The notes under the pieces were generated by a model. It did no database searches. It saw only the letters and a list, made by a program, of their open reading frames with translations, and was not told where the DNA came from. Source: Octopus vulgaris (Eukaryota). Taken from it: a stretch of 64,000 nt of DNA. This document shows positions 42,477-56,577 of the stretch, in pieces (positions within the stretch are counted from its first letter, which is position 1; the number at the start of each line of letters is the position of its first letter). Location of the stretch: the NCBI GenBank assembly GCA_951406725.2, contig OX597824.1, positions 7,936,001-8,000,000 of the forward strand. The letters are read 5' to 3'. A program made the position numbers and the translations under genes.

Positions 42477-43409
42477 TGTGCGTGCGTGCATGCGTGCATG
42501 TGCGTATACATAGATACATATGGTGATTGCTCCAACTTTCCATATGGTGATGGTGGTGGTGGTGTCTGTCTGTCTGTCTCTCTCTCTCTCTTTCTCTCTC
42601 TGTTTATCTGTACATTTCTGCTCGCACTCATGTATGTGTTAGCTTGTTAACCAAAACAGGCTAAAGGACCTTCCAGCCGTGCCAAATCATCGGTGTCAAA
42701 ACAGCAGCGCCCATTCGACTCATTTCATGCTTAAAGTCTTTACCCTGGTTTAACACCAGCACCACCATTTTATCCGGACATTGGGTGTCTTTCAGCAGAG
42801 ACCATTCAGTTCCAAGGATCATGACCCGGTCTCCGACCTCGGGTCTCAGAGCCAAGAACAAAAATAAGACGAGTCATAATTTCTTCTTCCCACTCCCAGC
42901 CCAACATTCTCAGCAACCCTTTAAAAAAAATCGGTTACGAGGACAACCGCCTTTCCTTTCTCTGACAAAGACAAAACGAAGACAAAAATAAGAACAATCA
43001 GCAGAGTTAGAGTAGGTCAAATACTTATGGGATGTTGTTGGAGTAATGAAATACTAGCATGCTCGGTCTGTCTCCATGTAAAATGTCAGTGAAGTAAAGA
43101 GTGATTGGTTTTCTTAACTTGTTATCGTGTCAGGAATCAAGAAAAAAAAAGGCAAAAATTAGAACGAAGTCATTGTTTAGTTTTGACCTGTTCAAACATC
43201 AAGTTGTCCATTCATAGCAAGAGTATTTTCTTTGTGTGTGTGTGTGTATTCGCGTTTACACATATATATGTATGCATATCTGTGTATCTGTGCGTGTATG
43301 CATGAATGTGTATGTACGTATGTATGTATAGCTATAACATATATATATATATATATGTATTCATATGTTTATATATAAGCGTGTATGTGTGTGTGTGTGT
43401 GTGTGTATA

Positions 43410-43850
43410 AATTGGAGTCAACAAGAAAGTGTAAGGTTGGACATTTATTTTTTAATCACTACAATTGTTTCCACGCAACGTAGTTATCCAGGCGTGCAGG
43501 TACTTGATTAGGCAACTGTTTCCCTGCATTATGAGGTGTAGTTGTGTTTCCTCGGGTGATATGTAAATATTGTCTCCGTAAGTTTAAAATCTTCCGCTTC
43601 AAGAACATCCTCTCTGTCTGTCCTGGCCCGAATTTAGCAGTAGTCACTGAGCTTATCCGGCTGTGTTGTTGCTGTGAGTTCGTTGGCAAACTGCTTTGAG
43701 TGTGTAGATGTAGTGGGATGGTGATTCTGGTACTCTTAATGTGGTTGCCGTTATAAAGGGATTGGCATTATATTTCTTTGTACTGCTGATTTGTTGAATC
43801 TTAAGACCAGCGAAGGCCAATTGCATGTGTAACCAACCATGAAAACACAA
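43410..43850 (-). mobile_element. Probable decayed PLE fragment with a degenerate hammerhead at 43456-43515
   Basis: Minus strand UUGC-CUAAUCA...CACGC/GCGUG-GAAA-CAAUUG-UA-GUGA; upstream LRFNKSAVQRNIMP resembles PLE N-termini. Confidence 0.5.
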
Positions 43851-43975
43851 CAGATGCCCAAACGCAAACCTAGAAGTACATATAATAATACTGCTACTGG
43901 ATAGCAAAGGGTAAATCTGAAGGTGGACGAGCTTTATACTGTACTCTACTACGTTCTTAACAGAATATACCAAAA

Positions 43976-44014
<39 letters not shown>

Positions 44015-44154
44015 TGTGTGTGTGTGTGTATGTGTGTGTATGTGTGTGTAGAAAAAACCTAGAGAGAGATATTATATTTTGTGAAATTTGATTTAGTATT
44101 TCTAAATTGAATTTTTCCCTGTAAGTTAGGAATAATATTCCCTCAAATAATTAT

Positions 44155-44193
<39 letters not shown>

Positions 44194-44774
44194 TATATAT
44201 ATATATATATATATATACATACATACATATATATATATTCCTTTGTTTTTTACTTGTTTCAGTCATTTGATTGAAACCATGCTGGAGCACCGCCCTAAGT
44301 GGAACAAATCGGCCCCAGGATTCTATTCTTTGCAAGCCTAGTACTTATTCTCTCGGTATCTTTTGCCAAACTGCTATGTTAAGGGGAGGTAAACACACCA
44401 ACATCGGTTGTCAAGCGATGGTGAGGGAACAAACAGAGACACACACACAAATATATACATATATGTATGTATGTATGTGCATTGTACGGAAAAAATAAAT
44501 AAATAGTTACCAGGGTAGCAAAAATTTACACAAGTACCAAGGATGTAACAACCTACTAATAAAGGTAGAAATTCCAGGTTTTGGTGAAATGATTTTGAAT
44601 GACCTAGATAAATAAATTAATAAATGGAGTTAAACGCAGGTGTTAATTCAAAATTGTTTTAATTATTAAAAAATAATTTTGAATAACAACTGCGTTTAAT
44701 TCCATTTATATATAAATAAATAGATATATATATACATACATACATACATTAATATACCTATATATAATATATAT

Positions 44775-44805
<31 letters not shown>

Positions 44806-44836
44806 GAGACAGAGACAGAGAGAGACAGAGAGACAG

Positions 44837-44894
<58 letters not shown>

Positions 44895-44911
44895 GTAGGT
44901 AGGTAGGTAGG

Positions 44912-44986
<75 letters not shown>

Positions 44987-44995
44987 GTAGGTAGG

Positions 44996-45088
<93 letters not shown>

Positions 45089-45099
45089 TCAGATGAATA

Positions 45100-45539
<440 letters not shown>

Positions 45540-45749
45540 TCATGTATTATGTGTTTGTGTAGATAAATAGATGATACACTCACGCATATATACACACATA
45601 TAAATATCCGCTTATGAGTCTGCGTGGGCGTGTGTCATGCGTATGTATGCATATACATGCGAGCACACACACACACACACACAACGTTTCGTCGGAGCAC
45701 ACAGGTCGGGCTTACAACACAGAAGCCATATATAGCATTAGTTAGGAGA

Positions 45750-45805
<56 letters not shown>

Positions 45806-46025
45806 AACAAACAAACAGAGACAGTGACAGAGACAGAGAGACAAAGACAAACAGACAGATACAGAGAGAGAAGGACGGAGGGAGCGGCTGACAGACAGAG
45901 TCTGTTCCGAAAATATTTTATGTACAGCTGCCCCCTTTCGGCCGCAGCTGACAACACTTCTTTGCCACCCGGAAAATGATGTCACTTTTCTTGTCATCAC
46001 TTTTTTCCGTTACTCTCCCTCTCTC

Positions 46026-46067
<42 letters not shown>

Positions 46068-46110
46068 TTTCCCCATCTCTCTCTCTCTCTCTCACCCTCT
46101 GTTTATGTAT

Positions 46111-46158
<48 letters not shown>

Positions 46159-46185
46159 GTATAGAGATAGTTAGATAGATAGATG

Positions 46186-46262
<77 letters not shown>

Positions 46263-46288
46263 TATAGAGATAGTTAGATAGATAGATG

Positions 46289-46373
<85 letters not shown>

Positions 46374-46400
46374 GTATAGAGATAGTTAGATAGATAGATG

Positions 46401-46469
<69 letters not shown>

Positions 46470-46544
46470 GATTCTTTTTAAAACGTTGAAGCTCGAATCA
46501 AATAAAGCTATAGATAACAGCGTGTAAAATTGATAAAGAAGTTT

Positions 46545-46805
<261 letters not shown>

Positions 46806-47218
46806 GTATATACTCTTTCATAATTTTCTTTCAGTCATTTGACTACGGCCATGGTGGGGCACCACCTTGAAACGTTTAGTTGAACTGATCGACTCCCGTA
46901 CCAACTTTTTTTCTAAACCTAGTACTCATTACATATCGGTCCATTTTGCTGAACCTCTAAAGTACAGGAACGTAAACAAACCAATACCGGTTGTGAAGCG
47001 GTAATGGAAGACAATCCCAAACACACACACACACATACACACTCACATACACACACATACACACATAAATATATACGTGTGGGGGTTATATGTTTGTGTG
47101 TGTGTATGTATGTATACATGAAGGGCTTCTTTCAGTTTCCATCTATCGAATCTACTCGCAAGGTCTTGACCGGCTCGGGACTGTATTAGAAAGCACTCGC
47201 ACATACAGAGTGAGAGAC

Positions 47219-47285
<67 letters not shown>

Positions 47286-47790
47286 CAGAGACACTAAGAT
47301 ATGTTTGTGCGCTTGCGAGGCGGTTTTCGTTTTAAACTTGCATTACCGTTGAAAAGGTGACTGTCTATGCGTCGCGACTAAACTATTTCCTGACAAACGA
47401 AACACTTCTGACGTCAAAAAAAAAAAAGGAAAAATGCCAAGTCCAGAGATAATGACTCAGATAACGGATTATCAGAATAGTAAGAACATGCACAGACATG
47501 GCTCTTTGCGTTCTAAGTTCAAATCCCGATGAGGTCAACTTTGCTTTTCATATTTCTGGATCCGTAAAACAAAATACCAGATCGAAAACTTGTTTGCGAG
47601 TATTTGAAATAATGTGAACTCTGCTAAGATTATCTAAAGACCGTATGGTGGCTTTAAGCTGGCCAAGGGATTTGGTGTCTTTTTCTTTTTTATCTTGTTT
47701 AAATTATACAAGTTATCTCGGCCATAAATGTGTTCTACTGTTTTACCTATGTCTGAATCCCTTGGTTGTCAGAAATAAAGTAGGGCAGTT

Positions 47791-47830
47791 GTGCTGATGA
47801 CGTTTATTGAGGCAGAAACATGTGTCCTCT
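47791..47830 (+). ncRNA. Degenerate type-I hammerhead-like motif
   Basis: GUG-CUGAUGA-C-GUUU(AUUG)AGGC-A-GAAA-CAUGU-GUC-CUC; intact core and the same GAAACATGTGTC as 55639-55650, but weak stems. Confidence 0.55.
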
Positions 47831-48401
47831 TAACACCGTTACTCTTAACTCCAGATAACCAGCCGCTCCTTTTCCTTAATGTCATGTTAACTTTGGCGAA
47901 TTCTTTATTCTTGAAAATTATCTTACCTTCTCAAATGAATCCGATTTGAATTATCATTTGGTAATATGATACATTCTCTTGAATTTGAGATGATTTTAAT
48001 AAATAAAAACTTTATGTTGTGTGGTATTTGATATATCTGCATTTGTCTATGGTGTTAGTAAACTTGGACAAAGCCGTATACAGCTGCTAAATATATCATA
48101 AAGAAACTAATAAATGAATGACACTCTCACCATAAAAATGTTTAAACTGGAGCTACTTATGTTTGTAATGAGACTCATAAATACTTATACTCCATGTTGT
48201 TGCTGTTCTTGCTGGTGATGGTGGTAGTGGTGATAGTAGCGGTAGTGGTGGTTGTGGTTGTGGTGGTAGTGGTGGATTTGGTGGTGGTGGTGCTGCTGCT
48301 GTTGGTGGTGGTTGTTGTATGCAATTTATATTACATTTGGTGAACAATAACATGTTCGTTAGAGGCTTCCGGTGCACCATTCACTGGCTAAGGTCCATGC
48401 A

Positions 48402-48444
<43 letters not shown>

Positions 48445-48511
48445 GTGTGTGTGCGTGTGTGTGTGTGTATGTGTGTGTGTGTGTGTTTTGATGTACCTGT
48501 ATTTGTCTATG

Positions 48512-48742
48512 TGGATGCGCAATGGCCCAGTGGTTAGGGCAGCGGACTCGCGGTCGGAGGATCGTGGTTTCGATTCCCAGACCGGGCGTTGTGAGTGTTT
48601 ATTGAGCGAAAGCACCTAAAAGCTCCATAAGGCTCCGGCAGGGGTGGTGGCGACCCCTGTTGTACTCTTTCGCCCCAACTTTCTCTCACTCTTCCTTCCT
48701 ATTTCTTGAGTAACGCTGTAATGGACTGGCATCCCGTCCAGC
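48512..48742 (+). mobile_element. tRNA-derived SINE, family D
   Basis: A box TGGCCCAGTGGTTAGGGC, B box GTTTCGATTCC, downstream GGACTGGCATCCCGTCCAG motif. Confidence 0.8.
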
Positions 48743-48902
48743 CTTGCTCAAGGACGCAATGCATTGCCCTGTCCAGGAATCGAACCCACGACATTATGAT
48801 CATGAAGCAAGCATACGAACAATATATATGTGTTTATATATCTATATAAACACACATAGTTATTCATATATAGATACATATACATGCATACATATAAACA
48901 TT

Positions 48903-49417
48903 CTAAATACCAGTCTTGTGAAATTAGGCTTCTCAAAACCAGAAATAAGAAAGCTAATTCGAAGACCACAGATCCAATCCATCACTGGAACTGTAAAAGT
49001 CTATAAAACGTACCAGAAGTTTAGCATTTAACTATATATGAGCATGTCTGGATATGCAACTATACGCTTGAGAATACATACATGAAACATACAAATCTGC
49101 ACATATACATACATACATACATACATACATACATACATACATGCATACATACATACATACATACATACATACATACATGGAGACATACATACATACATAC
49201 ATACATACATACATACATACATACATACATACATACATACATACATACATACTACATACATACATACATACATACATACATACATACATACATACATACA
49301 TACATACATACATACATACATACATACATACATACATACATACATACATACATACATACATACATACATACATACATACATACATACATACATACATACA
49401 ATACATACATACATACA

Positions 49418-49451
<34 letters not shown>

Positions 49452-49685
49452 CATACATACATACATACATACATACATACATACATACATACATACATAC
49501 ATACATACATACATACATACATACATACATACATACATACATACATACATACATACATACATACATACATACATACATACATACATACATACATACATAC
49601 ATACATACATACATACATACATACATACATACATACATACATACATACATACATACATACATGCATACATACATACATACATACA

Positions 49686-49719
<34 letters not shown>

Positions 49720-50138
49720 CATACATACATACATACATATCATACATACATACATACATACATACATACATACATACATACATACATACATACATACATA
49801 CATACATACATACATACATACATACATACATACATACATACATACATACATACATACATACATACATACATACATACATACATACATACATACATACATA
49901 CATACATACATACATACATACATACATACATACATACATACATACATACATACATACATACATACATACATACATACATACATACATACATACATACATA
50001 CATACATACATACATACATACATACATACATACATACATACATACATACATGCATACATACATACATACATACATACATACATACATACATGCATACATA
50101 CATACATACATACATACATACATACATACATACATACA

Positions 50139-50169
<31 letters not shown>

Positions 50170-50675
50170 GCATACATACATACATACATACATACATACA
50201 TACATACATACATACATACATACATACATACATACATACATACATACATACATACATACATACATACATACATACATACATGCATACATACATACATACA
50301 TGCATACATATCTCGGGGTCCTGGGATATGTAACACACTGCCTAAACACCAATTTTGAGAAATCAGGCTTCTCAAAACCAGAAAGGAGAAAGCTAATTCA
50401 AAGACTACAGATCCAATTTATCAATGGAACTGTAAAAATCTGTAAAACTTTCCAGAAGTTGAAGTTTGGCATTTAAATATATATGAGCATCTCTAGATAT
50501 GTAAGTATATGCATAAGAATACATAAAAAATCTGCACATACATACATACACACATACATACATACAAAAATCCCCGGTTGTTGATGCTGAAATTCCAATG
50601 AAGGAGCCTTGGATCTAGGTTAGAAACCAGCTCTTTCTCTATTGGCAAGAAATCTTGAAATAAAACTGAACAATC
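48903..50675 (+). mobile_element. Two 3' ends of an RLE (R4/Dong-like) LINE separated by a 1.2-kb (TACA)n array
   Basis: 48903-49105 and 50312-50675 encode GVLGYVTHCLNTNFEKSGFSKPERRKLIQRLQIQ..GTVKICKTFQK (RLE LINE C-terminus after the GALG motif) and share a 3' UTR. Confidence 0.8.
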
Positions 50676-51343
50676 ACATTCATACATACATATTCACATT
50701 AAACACACATACACACATTTCTGCACAGTTCACGGATACGTACATACACACACAGACACTATCTCCTACTCTCTCTTTCTCTCCCCCACTTTCTCCCACT
50801 CTCTCTCTCTCTCTCTCGTTCTATATCAACGTGTTGACGATACACAGTATTTTGGTACTTAAATCTGACCGTATTTGTTAGTAAATCCCTTGAAAGCCGT
50901 GGATTTACAGTCATTAACAGACTTGTGTGATGTATTAATCGTGTTTATACTTGCACGGAAGAACAAAGCCTTATGCCAGGTACTAAGCCTATCTGCCTAA
51001 AAACAGCATCTACTAGGAGTAACTCACTGAGATACGATCTCGTGACCCCAGAATCTCGGCCCCTGATCCCGTCTATCGACTTTCATTCGATTAAAGATAG
51101 GATTTATGGCACAAGAAGCAAACTTTGAGCATATTTGCTTTTAATTGCTTTTAATTGTTACTCATCTATTTATTTATTGTGCTGTGTTGTTTTGCCGAAT
51201 ACTTGGTTTTAGGTTAGGTTCTTTTACTTGTGTCACGTTCCAAAGAAGGTGGGAATCTCATGATGAATAAAAGGTTTTAAGCGTTTTAACCAAGAATCGA
51301 AACTGCAAAAGCATCTTTAAATGATTATTCCGGAGCATATTCA

Positions 51344-51406
51344 CCATCTACTTCAATTACTGCTTCCCATTTGCTTGGCAACCGGTCGGAATAATCATTT
51401 AAAGAC
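51344..51406 (-). mobile_element. mariner 3'-end fragment with a short inverted duplication
   Basis: DRLPSKWEAVIEVDGEYAPE*; TCTTTAAATGATTATTCCG at about 51314 is inverted at about 51388-51405. Confidence 0.65.
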
Positions 51407-51781
51407 GATTTTTTTTAATGTTGTTATTGTTTTATTATAGTATCATAATTATAAATACTATCATAATTACAAATTACTCCTTATACCGTCAGGAAAAAGG
51501 GTGTGTCCACTTACTCATTTCATATGACCTCAAAATTGGAGAGTGGGAGGCGCTCTAGTACCTTTGGACCCATGTTATCGACCGGGGGGGGGGTTCACTG
51601 CATTCACCCGAACCTCCTCTCTGCACCTATAAGAAGTACGATAATTCTAAACTCCACACCCAACTTTCTTGTCAGTAGGAGTCCCCGTTGCGTTTCCTTC
51701 CGAGGGCCAAGTGTGATATGAATTTAATTCGTTAACCCAAACAGCTCCAAACCAGGTTTTACATACACCGTTCTTTTTAAT

Positions 51782-51975
51782 TCTTTTATTTGTTTCAGTC
51801 TTTTGACTGCGGCCATGCTGCAGCACCGCCTTTTAACCGAAGAAAATCAACCCCAGGACTTACTCTTTGTAAGCCTGGTACTTATTTTATCGGTCTCTTT
51901 TGCCAAACCGCTAAGTTACGGAGATGTAAACACACCAACATCAGTTGTCAAGCGATGGCGGGGGACACAACACAC

Positions 51976-52038
<63 letters not shown>

Positions 52039-52194
52039 ACGGGCTTCTTTCAGTTTCCGTTTACCAAATCCAATCACAAGGCTTTTGTCGGTTCGATGCT
52101 ATAGTAGAAGACACTTGCCCAAGGTGCCACACAGTGGGACTGAACCCGGAACCATGTGGTTGGTAAGCAAGCTTCTTACCGCACAGCTATGCCT
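51782..52194 (-). mobile_element. SINE family A, full length
   Basis: Collinear match to family A. Confidence 0.9.
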
Positions 52195-52840
52195 GTAACT
52201 GAGAATGAATTTATGTGTAAACCTTCTGACGTTTACGTCTATGAAGTGAATCTTTAGTGTGTCATCTATTATATTAAAGACATTTCCAGGTCAACGAATA
52301 AATCTTTATTAAATATTTATGAAATAAACCAATGAGTCAACTCAAATTTCTTCGTAGTTTAGCTGTTGGTTAGTACAAAGTCACCCTTCGTGGAGCCGAT
52401 ATATGATCAAAGATATTCCAACCGTGTGCGTCCCATTTATTTTTCACATAAGCGGTCCAATCTATTCGCCGTTTGTAATATTTCGAACGTACACATAGAA
52501 ACACCGCCATTTGCTACAACGGTTTGTTTAAATAACACACATCTTTCTGCTTCTTAAATGTTATTTTAGTTATACATTTTCATTTTTATTTTCATTTTGT
52601 GAATTGAAGCGTTGTGTCGTTGGACACAGTTTTTCAACGGGCCAATCACTGCTTCACTATAGTTATGATAACCAAAGTGACATTGGATTGTCTGTACAAC
52701 TTTACCACAACAAATGTAAGAAAGGACTTCGTTCCACAATTCTAGTTTATCGATTTTCGAAACGATATTTATGTCTTTTGCTGATATGCAGTTTCGGAGA
52801 TAGATAGATATTTTTAGAAAGTAAGACTTTAAGATTGTTA

Positions 52841-53004
52841 TAGGCGTAGGAGTGGCTTTGTGGTAAGTAGCTTGATTACCAACCACATGGTTCCGGGTTC
52901 AGTCCCACTACATGGCGCCTTGGGCAAGTGTCTTCTACTATAGCCTTGGGCCGACCAAAGCCTTGTGAGTGGATTTGGTAGACGGAAACTAAAAGAAGCC
53001 CGTC

Positions 53005-53065
<61 letters not shown>

Positions 53066-53270
53066 TGTGTGTCTGTTTGTCCCCCCAACATCGCTTGACA
53101 ACTGATGTCGGTGTGTTTATGTTCCCGTAACCTAGCGGTTCGGCAAAAGAGCCCGATAGAACAAGTACTAGGCTTACAAAGAATAAGTCCTGGGGTCGAT
53201 TTGCTCGGCTAAAGGCGGTGCTCCTGCATGACCACAGTCAAATGACTGAAACAAATAAAAGAATAAAAGA
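52841..53270 (+). mobile_element. SINE family A, full length
   Basis: Collinear match to family A. Confidence 0.92.
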
Positions 53271-54012
53271 AAAGACAATTCAAATCGCGTTGGTTAGCAA
53301 CCTGCAAAATCACGGAAAATTGAATAAAATTTAACAAAGATTTGTACAAAAGATCTGGTGGCGTGCAAAGTTGATAGGAATATATGTCAAAAATATCGAT
53401 TATAAACCAATTTCTCATGATAGTTTCAAGGTGTTGTATGAAATGTCAAATTTTTGTAAAACTATGCTAAAACTAGTTTTAAAATAACCAACCTGTCTCT
53501 TTAGATAAATAAGTCAACAGTGGTTGTTGGTTTAGTAGTTATACTTGTCGCCATGTTTATGAATGTAACACGGAACAAGATTGCGGAGTCTCTCTGCTTT
53601 TAGATATTAATGCCGCATGGAAGGTAATACTTTGACTTTATCAAGAAGAAAGCCTCTCTGTAATCTCTTCAGCTGCAATAAACAGTAGCCAAATCTCCCT
53701 CGAATCAGGCTTTAGCATCTCAACTATGTTTGAATGAAATAACAAGGCGAAATGGTGAATGGATGAAACATCTTGATATTAGATTTAGTTGATCGAAGTT
53801 GGCCCGAGATAGACAGCAACAACAACAACAGCAACAGTATAGCAACTAACTTTACTGCTCGTGAACTGCGTAGACAAAAAGATTGAGAGAAACAACAAAT
53901 AATATATTTAGATGGTGAAGGACAAAAATGAATCCTGAGAAAGCATTTTTGATAGCCATCGGCTGTCTTCAGAAATATCAAACAAAAAATACGTTAATGA
54001 ATTTGTGCGTGA

Positions 54013-54068
<56 letters not shown>

Positions 54069-54841
54069 ATTTGTTTGTTTTTCTGTGTTTATAAGTATTT
54101 ATGTCTCTACGTGCCGGCACCCGAGTTGGATTACGTCTGTGACACTTCACAGCAATCATGGATCTTTGAAATTCGCAAAGAATGTTGGAAATACACAGAG
54201 ACGAACGACAAATAATAATAATGACACAAACACTTTGAAAATGAATTTAATATAATCCACAAGTTATCTTTTCCGGTGTTTTTATGGTCTCTTTTATTTT
54301 TTTATTTTTTTTTTAGCAACAAGAACTCTGGTTACCAGATTATTGACAAATAACCAAAGGTAAAAAAAAATATTCCGTCAGTTGGTCCTTATTGCGCATG
54401 TTTGAGCATCAGACGGCAGTTCTCCCCCAACTGTACCCGATTGGTTGCGTTTACGGAATGCAACCCTAGCGAATTATCATGGTAAGTGATCCAGGAACCG
54501 TTACACTTATGTGATACCCCATGTGTAATCTCAATGGGGTATCGAATGCCCTCTTCACGCAGACGCAACATTCAAAATTGGGAGTCTGAATTTTCTTTCG
54601 ACTTTTATCCAGAACCGTCCCAACAAGGGATGAAATTTTCACCCTGGCATCGTCATGCACTGAATTTTTGTTTTATTTCTTCGAGGATCTTTTTAATATT
54701 CTTCACCTTTTCCTTTTTTTTTTTGCTGCTTTTTTTTTCTGTCTTTAAGGGGCAGGTTGTTAACCCAGCGTCTGAACCTTCGCCTTTCACAACCCTACAT
54801 GTATATGAGGAAACTAAATAGTGTTAATATATATATGTATC

Positions 54842-54888
<47 letters not shown>

Positions 54889-54889
54889 C

Positions 54890-54936
<47 letters not shown>

Positions 54937-55206
54937 TATGTATGTATGTAATATGTATGTATGTATGTATATGTATATATATATGTATATATATATGTAT
55001 ATATATATATACATATATATATATGTGTATATATATATATATACATACATATATATATATACATACATATATATATATGCATATATATGTATATATATAC
55101 ACATATGCATATACCATAACTATATATACTAATACAATTGTTCGTTTGTTTTCCACCTGCCTTCGTCTTTTGTTTATTTTCATAAAGCTTCCCGTTATAT
55201 ATATGC

Positions 55207-55251
<45 letters not shown>

Positions 55252-55260
55252 TATACACAG

Positions 55261-55318
<58 letters not shown>

Positions 55319-55570
55319 TAGATAGATAAATAGATAGATAGATGTGTGTATTTTCCTTTGTTAACAATTAACACGGAAAAAAATAGATAAATAGTTACCA
55401 GGATAGCAAAAAGTCACAAGTAAAGAGATTGTAACTCCTTGTTTTTAAAGGTAGAAACTTCGGGTTTACGTGAATTTTTTTTGAAACAATATTTATAGCG
55501 TTCAGTTAATCACTATACATATCCATCATTTTCTGTTAAAATGTCTTATTGACGAGTTTCATTTCTTCAC

Positions 55571-55654
55571 TTCCCTGAAGAGAAGATTACATTGTTTTAC
55601 ACTATTTATTCCTTTGGAATAATACCAGTGATATCTTCGAAACATGTGTCGGAA
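55571..55654 (+). ncRNA. Canonical-core type-I hammerhead ribozyme with long stem II
   Basis: UUCC-CUGAAGA-GAAGAU...(45 nt)...AUCUUC-GAAA-CAUGU-GUC-GGAA: all core nucleotides canonical, GUC cleavage after 55650; host module 55375-55695 is related to 44490-44710. Confidence 0.85.
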
Positions 55655-55689
55655 ATAAAAGAATTTGAATAACACCTGTGTTTAATTCC

Positions 55690-55778
<89 letters not shown>

Positions 55779-55836
55779 TATAATTATTTCAATAATAAAT
55801 CTCTGAACGAGGTATAAACAGTAACTGCACGACAAT

Positions 55837-56135
55837 GTGAAGTATACTTGGCACTTAAATGTGGCTAGCCACTATGGGTGGATGCTACTGTAGCTTGTAG
55901 CCCCAGGAGAACATCTTCTTTGACGATGGGTAAATACCCAAACGAGTAAACACTCAGAAATCCGGGTCCGTGCATATCACGTCAGATCGACGATGGGAAG
56001 GATGGCTTCCTTTGCAAATACTGATAGGGCACACAAAGTGTGTCAATAGCTAGCTAGAAAAGATGCTCTCCTGGGGCTACAAGCTACAGTAGCACCCACC
56101 CTTAGTGGTTAGCCACATTTAAGTGGCAAATATAC

Positions 56136-56140
<5 letters not shown>
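55837..56140. mobile_element. Fold-back of a probable retroelement 5' region (about 85-bp inverted arms)
   Basis: 55837-55919 versus 56057-56140. Confidence 0.75.
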
Positions 56141-56201
<61 letters not shown>

Positions 56202-56214
56202 CGTTTAAATATTT

Positions 56215-56564
56215 GTTGTGCAAGATTTTTTATGTGAAGTCGTGTGTTGAAACAGATATTGTTATATTTCGGAATGGTCATTTTGCCAGTTTAGCCAATA
56301 AAAACACACGCACTATATATTTGGTGTTACTTTGCTTCAATGTTATTTATTTTTTACATTAATCTTAATCTTATTTCGGCCAGAGTTCTTTCGTCACACT
56401 CCTGTGACCGCATCAGTGGTCCTTTGTTTTCTTCTCACTTATTTGTGTCTCTCCTTACTAACCGTCAGCCATTTTGTATTTCTATTGTATGAACACCAAA
56501 TATATAGTGCGTGTGTTTTTATTGGCTAAACTGACAAAATGACCATTCCGAAATATAACAATAT
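56215..56564. mobile_element. PLE-type fold-back with an internal hammerhead-like motif
   Basis: Arms 56257-56327 and 56493-56564; the minus strand of the left part reads MTIPKYNNICFNTRLHIKNLAQQ, a putative ORF start. Confidence 0.8.
56378..56421 (-). ncRNA. Type-I hammerhead-like motif, A9C core variant
   Basis: GACCA-CUGAUGC-G-GUCACA(GGAG)UGUGAC-GAAA-GAAC-UC-UGGCC; 6-bp perfect stem II. Confidence 0.6.
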
Positions 56565-56577
56565 ATATATATATATA

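Noticed and set aside
54745-54797. Possible 3' half of an RTE-associated twister ribozyme (minus strand)
   Set aside because: Only a degenerate fragment; the catalytic 5' half is replaced by microsatellite
56065-56110. Twister-like GGGGCTACAAGC or HDV-like fold
   Set aside because: The twister P4, P2 and pseudoknot partners could not be placed, and the HDV P1.1 GG and J4/2 elements are absent
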